A stretch of DNA of 24,411 nucleotides, from the IMG/VR virus record IMGVR_UViG_3300042191_000081, positions 1-24,411 of that record. One strand, written 5' to 3'. The position numbers and the translations under genes are program-made. The DNA is from a virus (taxonomy: Duplodnaviria > Caudoviricetes). This document shows positions 6,043 through 14,757 of this stretch, piece after piece. The notes beneath the pieces are model-generated. The model had not been told where the DNA came from and searched no databases. It worked only from the letters and a program-made list of their open reading frames with translations. Within the stretch, counting starts at the first letter, position 1. The number at the start of each line of letters is the position of its first letter.

Positions 6043-6244
6043 AGCAGGACCAGCAGAATCATCCTCTGACCTGCACGTTTACAGATAGTGGAAGGGAACC
6101 GTCCTCATTCGGTGCCATTCTGTGAGGAAACCTGAGTCAGGTCATATCAGAAAGCCGATCCCAATATGACGGGGCCTCTGATGGGGATGTGAGCTACGTG
6201 TTGGGGTACGGCAGTGCCACGGGGGGTCTACGGGGAGGTGTTCC

Positions 6245-8179
6245 GTGTCTCAGTGTGTTGCCGTGAAGGCGGATGGTAGTCGGTGTGGGTCGCGGATTCT
6301 TCCTTCTGGGTCTGATTTGTGTATGGCGCATTCGCGTGGTGGGGATCTGGCGGCGGCGGCTGAGGAGGCTCGGCTTCGGAAGCTTGCGGGTAGGGAGATG
6401 CGGAAGCCGCCTCGTGAATGGTATGGGGAGGGGTGGAATGAGCGTCCGTTCCGTCCGGTAGTGGAGGCTGCCGCCCGGTTTGACGTTGACAAGTCGACGG
6501 TTACCCGGTGGCAGGCGTGGACGGTTAGCGAGGCTGCGAAGGCGGCGGTACAGCGTGCTACTCCCCGTCCTGAAGGGTTGCCTCTCTCCCATTTCGACTG
6601 GACGGTCGACCATATTCCGATTCTGGTCGACTGGTTTCTCGAATGTCGGGGCAAGTATTTTCGGGATGAACGGCGGAACCCGTTTGTCACCCCTCCATTT
6701 CAGAAGCGGTGGGCTGAAGGGATTTTCACTGCTCTTGTAACCGGGGGGATGGAGATGATTCTCGCCCCGGTCCGTCATGGGAAAACCCAGCTACTCGACC
6801 ATATTTGCATCATCCTGTGGATGCTCGACCCGAACATTCGTGTCCTCTGGGTGTCGGTGACGCAGGGGATCGCCGAAAAGCCGGTCTCTCAGATGCGGTC
6901 GATTTTCATGACCAACGAGAGGCTGATCGAAGACTATGCGGCGGGTGGGACGTTCGTGCCGGATGCGAAAAGTCCGTTCCGGTGGACGAACGAAGAGTTC
7001 ACTCTTGCCATCCGTTCGGATGCGGAGATTCCAGGTCCGAACATCAAATCGTTGGGACGGGGCGGGTCGATCCTCTCGTTGAACGCGGACATCATCATCG
7101 TCGACGATATTGAAGATTCGAATTCGACCGTCCAATTGGGCACGAGGGAGAAGACGAAAGAATGGTGGTTCACCCAGCTCCAATCCCGGAAAGAGGAGCA
7201 TACCGGCCTGTTCGTCATCGGCTCCCGTCAGCATGCCGACGACCTGTACTCGCAGATTCTCGACTCGCCCGACTGGTCGGTGAAAATCGAACGGGCCCAC
7301 GATCCGACATGTGACCTTCCCGACGACGCCGAACATTGGGATTGTCTCCTCTTCCCCGAAGTCCGGTCGTGGAAGTGGCTGTCAGGACGGAGACGTGCAG
7401 CGAAAACGCCCGCCCATTTCGAAATGGTCTACCAGAACATTGCCCGGACTGCAGGTCTGGTCGTCTTCCCCGAAGCCGAAGTGTTCGCCTGCCGCAACCC
7501 CGGCTATGGGGGTGGAAAGCCCCTCCCACAGACCAAAAGTGGTGAAGGCGGAATCCGCCTCGTCGCAGGACTCGATCCGGCCATCTCCGGCTATCAGGCG
7601 GCAGTCCTCCTCGCATACCAGACCGTGCCGGAACTGCGGATCTGGCTGGTCGACCTGGACAACAAGGAGGGTGGCGGGATCACCGCGGCGGAGAAGATCA
7701 TCCGCAAATGGTATGAGACCTACGGGCTGGTCCACTGGGTGGCAGAAGTGAACCTGCTCGGCCGGATTTCAGCCTACAAGGAGGTCCGCGAGTTCACCGA
7801 CCGGCATGGGATCACCATCGAAGACTGGCGGACCCATCACAATAAGAGCGACCAGTTCTTCGGAGTCACCGCCCTCTCAACCCTATTCCGCAACAAGAAC
7901 ATCATCCTCCCCTATACGGAAGGCTCCCAGTCCATGACCGACACTCTCGTCGGCCAGCTCGTCGTATGGGATGAAGGAAACTCAAGGAATAAGAATCGGA
8001 CCGGCTTCAAAGACGACCTGGTAATGGCCCTCTGGTTCGCCTGGGACCCGATCCGCCGTGCCCGACAAGAGTTCAACACGGAAATGGGAGTCGACCTGAC
8101 CGGCATGCCCTACCGCCCGGACGACTGGGATACCGCCCCCTGGGATACCAGCGAAAACATGCCCGCCTGGGCGTCATGA
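6245..8179 (+). CDS. terL: Terminase large subunit with N-terminal Cys/His + HTH extension
   Basis: Walker A APVRHGKT, Walker B IIIVDDIED, coupling motif IGSR, RNase H-like nuclease GLDPA ... DDLVMALWFA; GGAGGTG RBS. Confidence 0.93.
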   Translation: MSQCVAVKADGSRCGSRILPSGSDLCMAHSRGGDLAAAAEEARLRKLAGREMRKPPREWYGEGWNERPFRPVVEAAARFDVDKSTVTRWQAWTVSEAAKAAVQRATPRPEGLPLSHFDWTVDHIPILVDWFLECRGKYFRDERRNPFVTPPFQKRWAEGIFTALVTGGMEMILAPVRHGKTQLLDHICIILWMLDPNIRVLWVSVTQGIAEKPVSQMRSIFMTNERLIEDYAAGGTFVPDAKSPFRWTNEEFTLAIRSDAEIPGPNIKSLGRGGSILSLNADIIIVDDIEDSNSTVQLGTREKTKEWWFTQLQSRKEEHTGLFVIGSRQHADDLYSQILDSPDWSVKIERAHDPTCDLPDDAEHWDCLLFPEVRSWKWLSGRRRAAKTPAHFEMVYQNIARTAGLVVFPEAEVFACRNPGYGGGKPLPQTKSGEGGIRLVAGLDPAISGYQAAVLLAYQTVPELRIWLVDLDNKEGGGITAAEKIIRKWYETYGLVHWVAEVNLLGRISAYKEVREFTDRHGITIEDWRTHHNKSDQFFGVTALSTLFRNKNIILPYTEGSQSMTDTLVGQLVVWDEGNSRNKNRTGFKDDLVMALWFAWDPIRRARQEFNTEMGVDLTGMPYRPDDWDTAPWDTSENMPAWAS

Positions 8180-8457
8180 AAAAGGTTCTCTACCTGGCGA
8201 AATACCGGAGGCAGACCAACACGACAGTTGAAGGTGTTGCCAAAACCGGGCAGGTATCTCCGCAGGGGATCGTCGCCCATACTGAGGACTGGGAGGGCCG
8301 GATTGCCTCACTCGCCGCACCCTCCGCCATCCGATATATCAGAGAACCGGACGGGCATGTACGGCCGATGACACTGAAAGAAATGATCGTCCGAGGCTAC
8401 TTCCATGTCGCCTCCGGACCTGTAGGAATCCGCAAGATAAAGGAAGGAATCAGATGA
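8176..8457 (+). CDS. Hypothetical protein, 93 aa
   Basis: ATGA-coupled to terL and to the next gene. Confidence 0.75.
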   Translation: MKKVLYLAKYRRQTNTTVEGVAKTGQVSPQGIVAHTEDWEGRIASLAAPSAIRYIREPDGHVRPMTLKEMIVRGYFHVASGPVGIRKIKEGIR

Positions 8458-8660
8458 GCAGAGCAGACAGGCTCGAAGCGGAAGCGGCAGTCCTCCGAGC
8501 GGAGGAGGAGTTCGTCGCGAAGAAGAAGGCGGGGACAGTCACCAACGAGGACAAGCAGGCGTTGCGAGCTCTCCGTCAAGCCTACCGGTCCGGTGACCGG
8601 CCTCCCGTGGAAGACGGTGTGGCCGTTGGAACGGTCGGATCGAAAGTTGAGGTGGACTGA
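8454..8660 (+). CDS. Hypothetical helical protein, 68 aa
   Basis: AAGGAAGG RBS; ATGA and TGATG coupling. Confidence 0.75.
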   Translation: MSRADRLEAEAAVLRAEEEFVAKKKAGTVTNEDKQALRALRQAYRSGDRPPVEDGVAVGTVGSKVEVD

Positions 8661-9112
8661 TGGCCATAACCGCATCCGGCCTGTACGGGCTGACCATCGA
8701 AAAGATGCTGATCGACACTGCCGGGGAAAGTCTCGAGGCGGAAGATCACACTCTTTCGCTGGTCACCGACACTTACGCTCCCAACTTCGACACGCATGAT
8801 TTCCATGCGGACCTGACCAACGAGATCTCCGGTGGCAACTATGCGGCCGACGCGGTCACCTCCACCGAAGTCACCCTGTCATCGGGGACGCTCACCTATG
8901 ACGCGGCGGACAACGTGTACGACAATGGCGGGTCGAACGATGTGACCATCACCGATGCGATGGCCGCCGTCCTAGTCACAACCGTGTCGGGTACGGCGAC
9001 CAACCAGCTTGTCGGCCTGTGGGACTTCGTGACCGCCGCCTCGTGCTCCAACAGCACGTTCACCGTGCAGTGGGCGGCAGGTGGACTCTTTTCATTAGAT
9101 TACACCCCGTGA
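8660..9112 (+). CDS. Putative virion structural (tail-associated) protein, 150 aa
   Basis: GAGGTGG RBS; Thr/Asp/Gly-rich beta-type sequence (NEISGGNY...YDAAD...DF...FTVQWAAGGLF) typical of small phage structural proteins. Confidence 0.7.
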   Translation: MAITASGLYGLTIEKMLIDTAGESLEAEDHTLSLVTDTYAPNFDTHDFHADLTNEISGGNYAADAVTSTEVTLSSGTLTYDAADNVYDNGGSNDVTITDAMAAVLVTTVSGTATNQLVGLWDFVTAASCSNSTFTVQWAAGGLFSLDYTP

Positions 9113-9113
9113 T

Positions 9114-10052
9114 TTGGGACATAATGTCCTCCTCGACGAGTTAGGTGCGGTTGGGGAAACCGAGGCGGAACGGATGGCCGACGCCATCAGCCGTGTCCGC
9201 ACCACCGTATCTTCCGGTGCTGCCGCCCCGGCGGCGATCCGCGCAGCCTTCACGCTTCCTCAGCCTGTCGTATCGGAAGGTCGTTCCGGTTTCCCCACCG
9301 GAGCAACCACCGGTCTTACCGGGGTCGCCCTCAAGCCTGGGGATCTGACCCGTTCTGGTGGGATCACCACGTCGAGGGTCGGTCAGATCATCGAACTGGC
9401 CGACATTTCCGGGGGTGTCAAGGTCAACCATGACAATGTGACGATCCGTAAATGCCGGGTTACGGATACGAGCTTTTTCGTTGTCGACACGGCCGGAACC
9501 TCTGGCGTGGTCGTCGAAGACTGCGACATTGACGGCGCCGGCGATTCTGGCGGTCAAGGCTACGTCTGTGTGCGAGGACCGGCTCACATCACCCGCTGCA
9601 ACATTTGGAACGCGGAGAATCCGATATCTCCGGCGGGCGGGTCGAATGTGACGGTCCTAGACAGCTACATTCACACGTTCCGTTCTCCCGCAGCCGAACC
9701 GCATTATGACGGTATCGAAGCGTTGGGCGGCGAGTCGAACTATACGGTCGAACATTGCACGATCGACCTCGACCAGGGTGATACGGGAGCGATCAACTTC
9801 TCCAACGTCTTCGGCGGGTTCTCGGATATCACCATCAACAACTGCCGACTGTTGGGCGGTGGCTACACCATGTATTTCGACGGTTCGCATGGTGCCTCTC
9901 CGTTCACCGGCATTGTGATAACCAACAACCGGCTCGGCTCCGGTTTCTTCGGATACGCCGTACTACGCGACTGGAATCCGGCAGAGTTGACCTGGGCGGG
10001 GAATGTTGACGACATCACCGGAGAGCCCATTCTGAATCCTGGAGTGTCCTGA
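9114..10052 (+). CDS. Right-handed parallel beta-helix protein (tailspike/receptor-binding-like; start uncertain)
   Basis: Recurrent NVTIRKC, VVVEDCDI, NVTVLDSYIH, HYDGI, ITINNC, IVITNN PbH1-like rungs. Confidence 0.75.
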   Translation: MGHNVLLDELGAVGETEAERMADAISRVRTTVSSGAAAPAAIRAAFTLPQPVVSEGRSGFPTGATTGLTGVALKPGDLTRSGGITTSRVGQIIELADISGGVKVNHDNVTIRKCRVTDTSFFVVDTAGTSGVVVEDCDIDGAGDSGGQGYVCVRGPAHITRCNIWNAENPISPAGGSNVTVLDSYIHTFRSPAAEPHYDGIEALGGESNYTVEHCTIDLDQGDTGAINFSNVFGGFSDITINNCRLLGGGYTMYFDGSHGASPFTGIVITNNRLGSGFFGYAVLRDWNPAELTWAGNVDDITGEPILNPGVS

Positions 10053-11731
10053 TGGTCCAGTGGGTCAACCAGTCGTCCGGGGTTGCCGACCGTAATGGCA
10101 CCAGCTCACATACCATCAGCTTCGGATTCACGTCCACAACCAACAATCTGCTGGTGGCCGTGATTGCCGGAGGAGTCACCCACGACATCACTGGTTGGAC
10201 GCAGCAGCTCGCTCCGGTCAACTCGACCGAACTGGCAGTGTTCACCAAAACGTCGGCGGGTGAATCGTCTCTCACTGTCACCCACAACGCCTCCAACTAT
10301 CCGGTCGGCTGGTGTGTCTTCGAGTTCCCGTCCGACGCCGCATGGGATTCGGGGACAAGCGTGGCGAACAGCGCCGGCACCACCTTTCCGACACTCACCG
10401 GACTGACGGGTGGGGCGGGCAACGAACGTCTCCTAATCGGCGGCTTCTCGGAAATCCACATAAACGGAGACACGGCTTCCTCCGCTACGCCCGGAACCGG
10501 CCAGACCGAACTGGTCGACGTGAACCCGGTCGGCACCGCCGACTCCGAAGGCGTGTTCTTCTACCTCGAATATGAGGAGGATGTAACCGCCACCTCGTAT
10601 ACGCCTTCTGTCGCCTCGATGACAGATCAGGGTCGGGGAGCGGAGAAGGTCACGTTCGCCATCGACCCGGGCACGTTGAGTGGTGGCACTCCGGCGACGG
10701 TCACCCCATCGGCGATAGCCCGAGCGTTCACCATTCCAGCAGCCACCGTGGCGGGTGCCGCCGCGACAACTCCGGCAGCCGTTTCACGTTCTATAACCAT
10801 TCCTGCACCCAGTGTGAAAGGTGCCGCGGCAACCACTCCGGCGGCGGTGGTCACAACCGTTACCACTCCGGCAGCATCCGTATCAGGTGGTGCAGTAGCC
10901 GAACCGGCTGTCACCGCAAGAAGTTTCACCATCCCCCAGGCCAGCCCTGGAACTCCCGGCGAAACAGCCCCCGACACTATCGCCCGCAGTATCAGTGTGA
11001 ACGCGGCGACACCCTCCGGTTCTGCCGTCACCGAACCCGCCGCGGTCGCACAAAGCTTCACTCTCCCCCAGGCATCACCGGCTACTCCCGTGACGGTAGC
11101 CCCCGACACGACCACCACCACTGTGGCTGTCCCCCAGGCCACCCCGCAGGGACTCGCCGCCACCTCCCCGGCCGCCATCGAATCTTCGATCATGCTTCCC
11201 GCCGTCACCGTCGAAGGGGTCGGAACTGTTGATCCGGCCACCATCAACCTCGCCCTCACTCTTCCCGCGGTCACCCCGACCGGTGGAGGAGAACCCGAAA
11301 CGGTCACCCCTACCACGGTCAGCCTCGCCTACACGACCCCCACCCCCACAGTGTCCGGTGGAGCGGTAGCAGAACCATCCACTCTGACAGCGGTAGCAGA
11401 TGTTGAAGCTGCGACGGTGAGAGTCGACGCAGTGGTAGCGCCGGACGCTGTAGCCCGCAGCTTCAACCTTCCCGCCGTCACCATCAAAGGTGCGGCCACA
11501 GTCGTCGCCTCGGTCATCAACCTGGCTGTCGTCATCGGCCGGGCGGTCAGAAAGATCATCCACTCGCCCAACCCGGCGACCGCACCACTCGCCACATCCG
11601 GGTCAGGTGTTGCTCCAAGCGCCGGTTCGACCCTCGGAGCAGACCTCACGGTTACCGGCATGTCCACTGCCAATCCGAACACCGGAAAGTCGTCTGCCAC
11701 AGACGGCACATCCGGGTCTGAAGCCGAATAG
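10052..11731 (+). CDS. Virion fibre/decoration-like protein with about 22-aa Ala/Thr/Pro repeats
   Basis: N-terminal beta-rich domain followed by about 13 repeats like A.TTPAAV.RS.TIP..SV.G; TGATG coupling. Confidence 0.75.
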   Translation: MVQWVNQSSGVADRNGTSSHTISFGFTSTTNNLLVAVIAGGVTHDITGWTQQLAPVNSTELAVFTKTSAGESSLTVTHNASNYPVGWCVFEFPSDAAWDSGTSVANSAGTTFPTLTGLTGGAGNERLLIGGFSEIHINGDTASSATPGTGQTELVDVNPVGTADSEGVFFYLEYEEDVTATSYTPSVASMTDQGRGAEKVTFAIDPGTLSGGTPATVTPSAIARAFTIPAATVAGAAATTPAAVSRSITIPAPSVKGAAATTPAAVVTTVTTPAASVSGGAVAEPAVTARSFTIPQASPGTPGETAPDTIARSISVNAATPSGSAVTEPAAVAQSFTLPQASPATPVTVAPDTTTTTVAVPQATPQGLAATSPAAIESSIMLPAVTVEGVGTVDPATINLALTLPAVTPTGGGEPETVTPTTVSLAYTTPTPTVSGGAVAEPSTLTAVADVEAATVRVDAVVAPDAVARSFNLPAVTIKGAATVVASVINLAVVIGRAVRKIIHSPNPATAPLATSGSGVAPSAGSTLGADLTVTGMSTANPNTGKSSATDGTSGSEAE

Positions 11732-11740
11732 GAGGTTCTG

Positions 11741-12061
11741 ATAGCCACCTTCCAGATCAAACGGAACGACACTGCTCCGCCGATCACGGCCACTCTCACC
11801 GCCGACGATGTTGCCGTCGATCTGACCGGCGCATCCGTCCGCTTCCACATGGTCGACTCTTCGGGAACGGTAAAAGTCGACGCCGCCGCCAATATCGACG
11901 ATGCGGCAGCCGGAGAAGTCTCCTACGACTGGACAGCCGCCGACACGGATACGACAGGCCATTTCAAGGCGGAATGGGAGGTTACTTTCACCGATTCGAC
12001 CATCCGCACCTTCCCCAATCCTGGATATACGAACGTGCGGATTGGTGGTGATCTGGCATGA
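11741..12061 (+). CDS. BppU-like (baseplate upper protein N-terminal) domain protein with non-canonical start
   Basis: ATFQIKRNDTAPPITATL...VDLTGASVRF...GEVSYDW...DT...G.F.AEWEVTF...TFP; GGAGG RBS at 11731-11735 followed by CTG/ATA, no ATG/GTG/TTG in range. Confidence 0.75.
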   Translation: MATFQIKRNDTAPPITATLTADDVAVDLTGASVRFHMVDSSGTVKVDAAANIDDAAAGEVSYDWTAADTDTTGHFKAEWEVTFTDSTIRTFPNPGYTNVRIGGDLA

Positions 12062-13812
12062 AAAACGCGCAGGCTGCCATCGACCGGGCCAACGCCCTCA
12101 AATACAATATGGGCTTCGCCTCCAATTCGAGGTGGCGTATCCGTGCCATGTTGGACGGAGGCCCCGACGCCATCCGAGCTCTCCTCGGGAATATGGGGAA
12201 TCTTGGTGAGACGGACCTGCCCTGGGCCAACTTCATCCACTCGGGTATCACCGCGTTAGCACAAAAACTGGGAACGTTGCCGGAAGCAAGAGTGTCCCCT
12301 CCTGTAGACACGGACAACGAGCGGCCACGGAAAAGGGCGGAGAAGCGGGAGCGGATTGTCACCGCCTACGACGACTACGACCGGATGGAACTCCAACTCC
12401 CCCAAGTTGGCAGATGGCTTCCCGGATACGGCTTCGCCGTCTGGACCATCTCATCCCAAGTCAGTCCGGACGGATACGTCTACCCCTGTGCTCAGTTGCG
12501 CGATCCGTATGACGCCTACCCGGGAGAATGGGGGGTCAGACAGCAGCCCGAAGAGCTAGCCATCTGCCGGAGAATCCCCCCCAAAGAAGCCCAACGATTG
12601 TATCCCGAATATTCGGCGCAGATTGAAAAAGTGGCAGGCGGACGCTCCACATACCACTCCGGCTATGTGCTCGGATCAGGTACAGGCTGGGCCAACCAGA
12701 CCGGCAGAGGACTCGAAGTGGTCGAATACTACGACGAGGACGGCACCCACATTCTCATCCCCGAGTTGAACGCCCGGGTCGACCATTACCCCAATATCAT
12801 CAGCTCACCCCCGTTTGTTGTTGCTAAGAGATTCGCGTTCAACCATCTGATCGGCCAGTACGACCATGCGTTCGGCCCGATGGCAGCCCACGCGAAACTG
12901 TCCGTCCTCTACGTGACGGCAATGCAGGACAACGTGTTCGCCCCCACCAACATTGCAGGGGACATGGACGGCCAATACAAGATGGGCCGTAAAGCGGTCA
13001 ACCGTCTCGCACCCAACACGAAAGTCGACCGGCCCATCTCGAACATCACCTACCAGGCGTTCGAAGGGTTAGGAAATCTGGAGCGGATCATCCGCAACCT
13101 CATCAGATACCCCGTCCAAGACGACGGCAACAGCCCGCTCAACTTTGCCACTGGCGCAGGTTTGGAAGAACTCCAATCAGGGGTGAGCGCGGAGATCGCC
13201 GAATATCAGAAGGTGTTCCGCTACGCCCTCCAAGATTTGGATGCCAAACGGCTCGAATACGACGAACGAGTGTCGCCGTCAACTCGCAAACCGCTCCCCG
13301 GATATAAGGAGGGTGTCCCCCACGTCGAAACCTACACGCCAAGTAAGGACATTGCCGGGGACTATCGGACCCGTCGTGAATACGGGTTCATGTCCGGATT
13401 CGACGAACCGCAGAAGATTGTCGCCGGACTCCAACTCATCCAAGGCAAGCTGGTCGACCGGCGGACCGTCCGAGAGAAAATGTCAGGCCTCGACGAACTC
13501 AGCCTGATCGAAGGACGGGTTCAGGAGGACGACGCCCGAGAATATCTGATGCAAGGACTCGCCTTCGCCGCCCAGAACGGAGATCCGAAAGCGCACATGG
13601 CGCTCATCGAATTCCTCCCCGAAGGCGATCTGAAGCAGAACATGCGTCACTTCTACACGCCGCAGGACCCGCAGATGACCCCCGAAGAAGAAGCCATGGC
13701 CGGTGGCGGCGGCCTGCAAGAACCGCCCGGTGACATCACCACCGTCCTTTCCCGCCTCACCGGATCTGGATCTGAAGGCGGCGTCCAGACGGTCGGGACG
13801 CTCTCCCGATGA
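12058..13812 (+). CDS. Portal (head-tail connector) protein
   Basis: 584 aa in the structural module downstream of terL; WLPGYGF, DPYDAYP, VVEYYD, ATGAG motifs and Q/P/M-rich tail typical of podovirus-type portals. Confidence 0.8.
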   Translation: MKNAQAAIDRANALKYNMGFASNSRWRIRAMLDGGPDAIRALLGNMGNLGETDLPWANFIHSGITALAQKLGTLPEARVSPPVDTDNERPRKRAEKRERIVTAYDDYDRMELQLPQVGRWLPGYGFAVWTISSQVSPDGYVYPCAQLRDPYDAYPGEWGVRQQPEELAICRRIPPKEAQRLYPEYSAQIEKVAGGRSTYHSGYVLGSGTGWANQTGRGLEVVEYYDEDGTHILIPELNARVDHYPNIISSPPFVVAKRFAFNHLIGQYDHAFGPMAAHAKLSVLYVTAMQDNVFAPTNIAGDMDGQYKMGRKAVNRLAPNTKVDRPISNITYQAFEGLGNLERIIRNLIRYPVQDDGNSPLNFATGAGLEELQSGVSAEIAEYQKVFRYALQDLDAKRLEYDERVSPSTRKPLPGYKEGVPHVETYTPSKDIAGDYRTRREYGFMSGFDEPQKIVAGLQLIQGKLVDRRTVREKMSGLDELSLIEGRVQEDDAREYLMQGLAFAAQNGDPKAHMALIEFLPEGDLKQNMRHFYTPQDPQMTPEEEAMAGGGGLQEPPGDITTVLSRLTGSGSEGGVQTVGTLSR

Positions 13813-14153
13813 CCACACGCGCCCAGCCCATCTCCGCCGCATCCGGTCAAAGGTACGGCCAGAGGAAAGCCCAGGAGGATGCTCAGCGGGCCGCACCAAT
13901 GGCAGGGTCGCAACGTCCAGCACCTCCCAGCCCCGGAGGGGGTCCGCAAGGACAGCCGATACAACGTCCCAACATATTCGGCCCTACCGACCGTCCTTCC
14001 GAGCCTCTCACCGCAGGAGCCGCACTCGGAGCAGGACCGTCCGATCTCGGACTGCTACCTCCCGATCCGATCCTCCATCTTCGCGAGTTGTACCGCCTGG
14101 CCCCCTCCGATGATCTGAGACGGCTGATCGAACGGGCATCGGAACGCCGATGA
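13809..14153 (+). CDS. Pro/Gly/Gln-rich hypothetical protein following portal, 114 aa
   Basis: ATGA-coupled at both ends; YGQRKAQEDAQ and PTDRPSEPLTAG motifs. Confidence 0.75.
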   Translation: MTTRAQPISAASGQRYGQRKAQEDAQRAAPMAGSQRPAPPSPGGGPQGQPIQRPNIFGPTDRPSEPLTAGAALGAGPSDLGLLPPDPILHLRELYRLAPSDDLRRLIERASERR

Positions 14154-14326
14154 GAATTGTCGACGGCACCCGCACTGAAATCGCAGAGCGGAAGTTGAAC
14201 GAAACGGCGTCCGCATGGTAACGGCGGGTCGCCGAAGAGGTCAGACTCATGTTGGAGCGGACACCTCAGGAGACGGCGAACGAGGGGGCCGGGCTGCTCA
14301 TCTCAGAGCTACTCGGTGAGGAATGA
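14150..14326 (+). pseudogene. 58-codon gene interrupted by an in-frame TAA (14219-14221)
   Basis: MRIVDGTRTEIAERKLNETASAW*RRVAEEVRLMLERTPQETANEGAGLLISELLGEE*; ATGA-coupled at both ends. Confidence 0.65.
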
Positions 14327-14577
14327 CCGGGGACGAACTGCTCGTTCAGAATACGACCGACCTGCTGTTTGACACGGTGAGCAAGGCGCTCGCCCTGGTC
14401 GACGTGACCGACCGTCTGCCCACTTCGGCCATTCTCATCTACGAGACGATCGGGCCTGACGGTCAACAGCAGTTCGACTATGTAGTGTCGAATACGGTCA
14501 CGTTGACATCCATGATCGGAGCGGGCCATGCTCTCCAAACTCAGGCTACCCGCGACCTATTGGACGACGACGAGTAG
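14323..14577 (+). CDS. Hypothetical protein, 84 aa
   Basis: ATGA coupling, GC3-rich codons. Confidence 0.7.
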   Translation: MTGDELLVQNTTDLLFDTVSKALALVDVTDRLPTSAILIYETIGPDGQQQFDYVVSNTVTLTSMIGAGHALQTQATRDLLDDDE

Positions 14578-14578
14578 G

Positions 14579-14722
14579 TCAGTTGTTGCGACCGAACTCC
14601 CAGCCTGCTCCGGCCAGAATCGACAGTGCCATGACCGCAACTATGACCACTAGCACGCCGATGACGACTGGGATGGCGAGCAGCCCCAGGTTATAGAGAA
14701 TCCGTCCGACCCGTCTAATCAT
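14579..14722 (-). CDS. Small membrane protein, 47 aa, antisense to the virion operon (not in ORF track)
   Basis: MIRRVGRILYNLGLLAIPVVIGVLVVIVAVMALSILAGAGWEFGRNN*: basic N-terminus plus long hydrophobic helix; fills the intergenic gap almost exactly. Confidence 0.75.
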   Translation of the reverse strand: MIRRVGRILYNLGLLAIPVVIGVLVVIVAVMALSILAGAGWEFGRNN

Positions 14723-14728
14723 TCATCG

Positions 14729-14757
14729 AACGTACAGGGGGTGGATTTGGCTGTCTA
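14729..14757 (-). promoter_or_regulatory. Sigma-A-type promoter positioned for a leaderless mRNA
   Basis: TAGACA (14757-14752) - 17 bp - TACGTT (14734-14729) - 6 nt - ATG 14722; no Shine-Dalgarno. Confidence 0.6.

Noticed and set aside
6017-6050. TTGACA as the -35 box of a terL promoter
   Set aside because: No plausible -10 at 16-18 bp; the hexamer is explained as part of the XerD arm
9114-11731. Diversity-generating retroelement target/template repeats in the fibre genes
   Set aside because: No reverse transcriptase and no adenine-specific repeat pair seen; repeats are protein-level and degenerate in DNA
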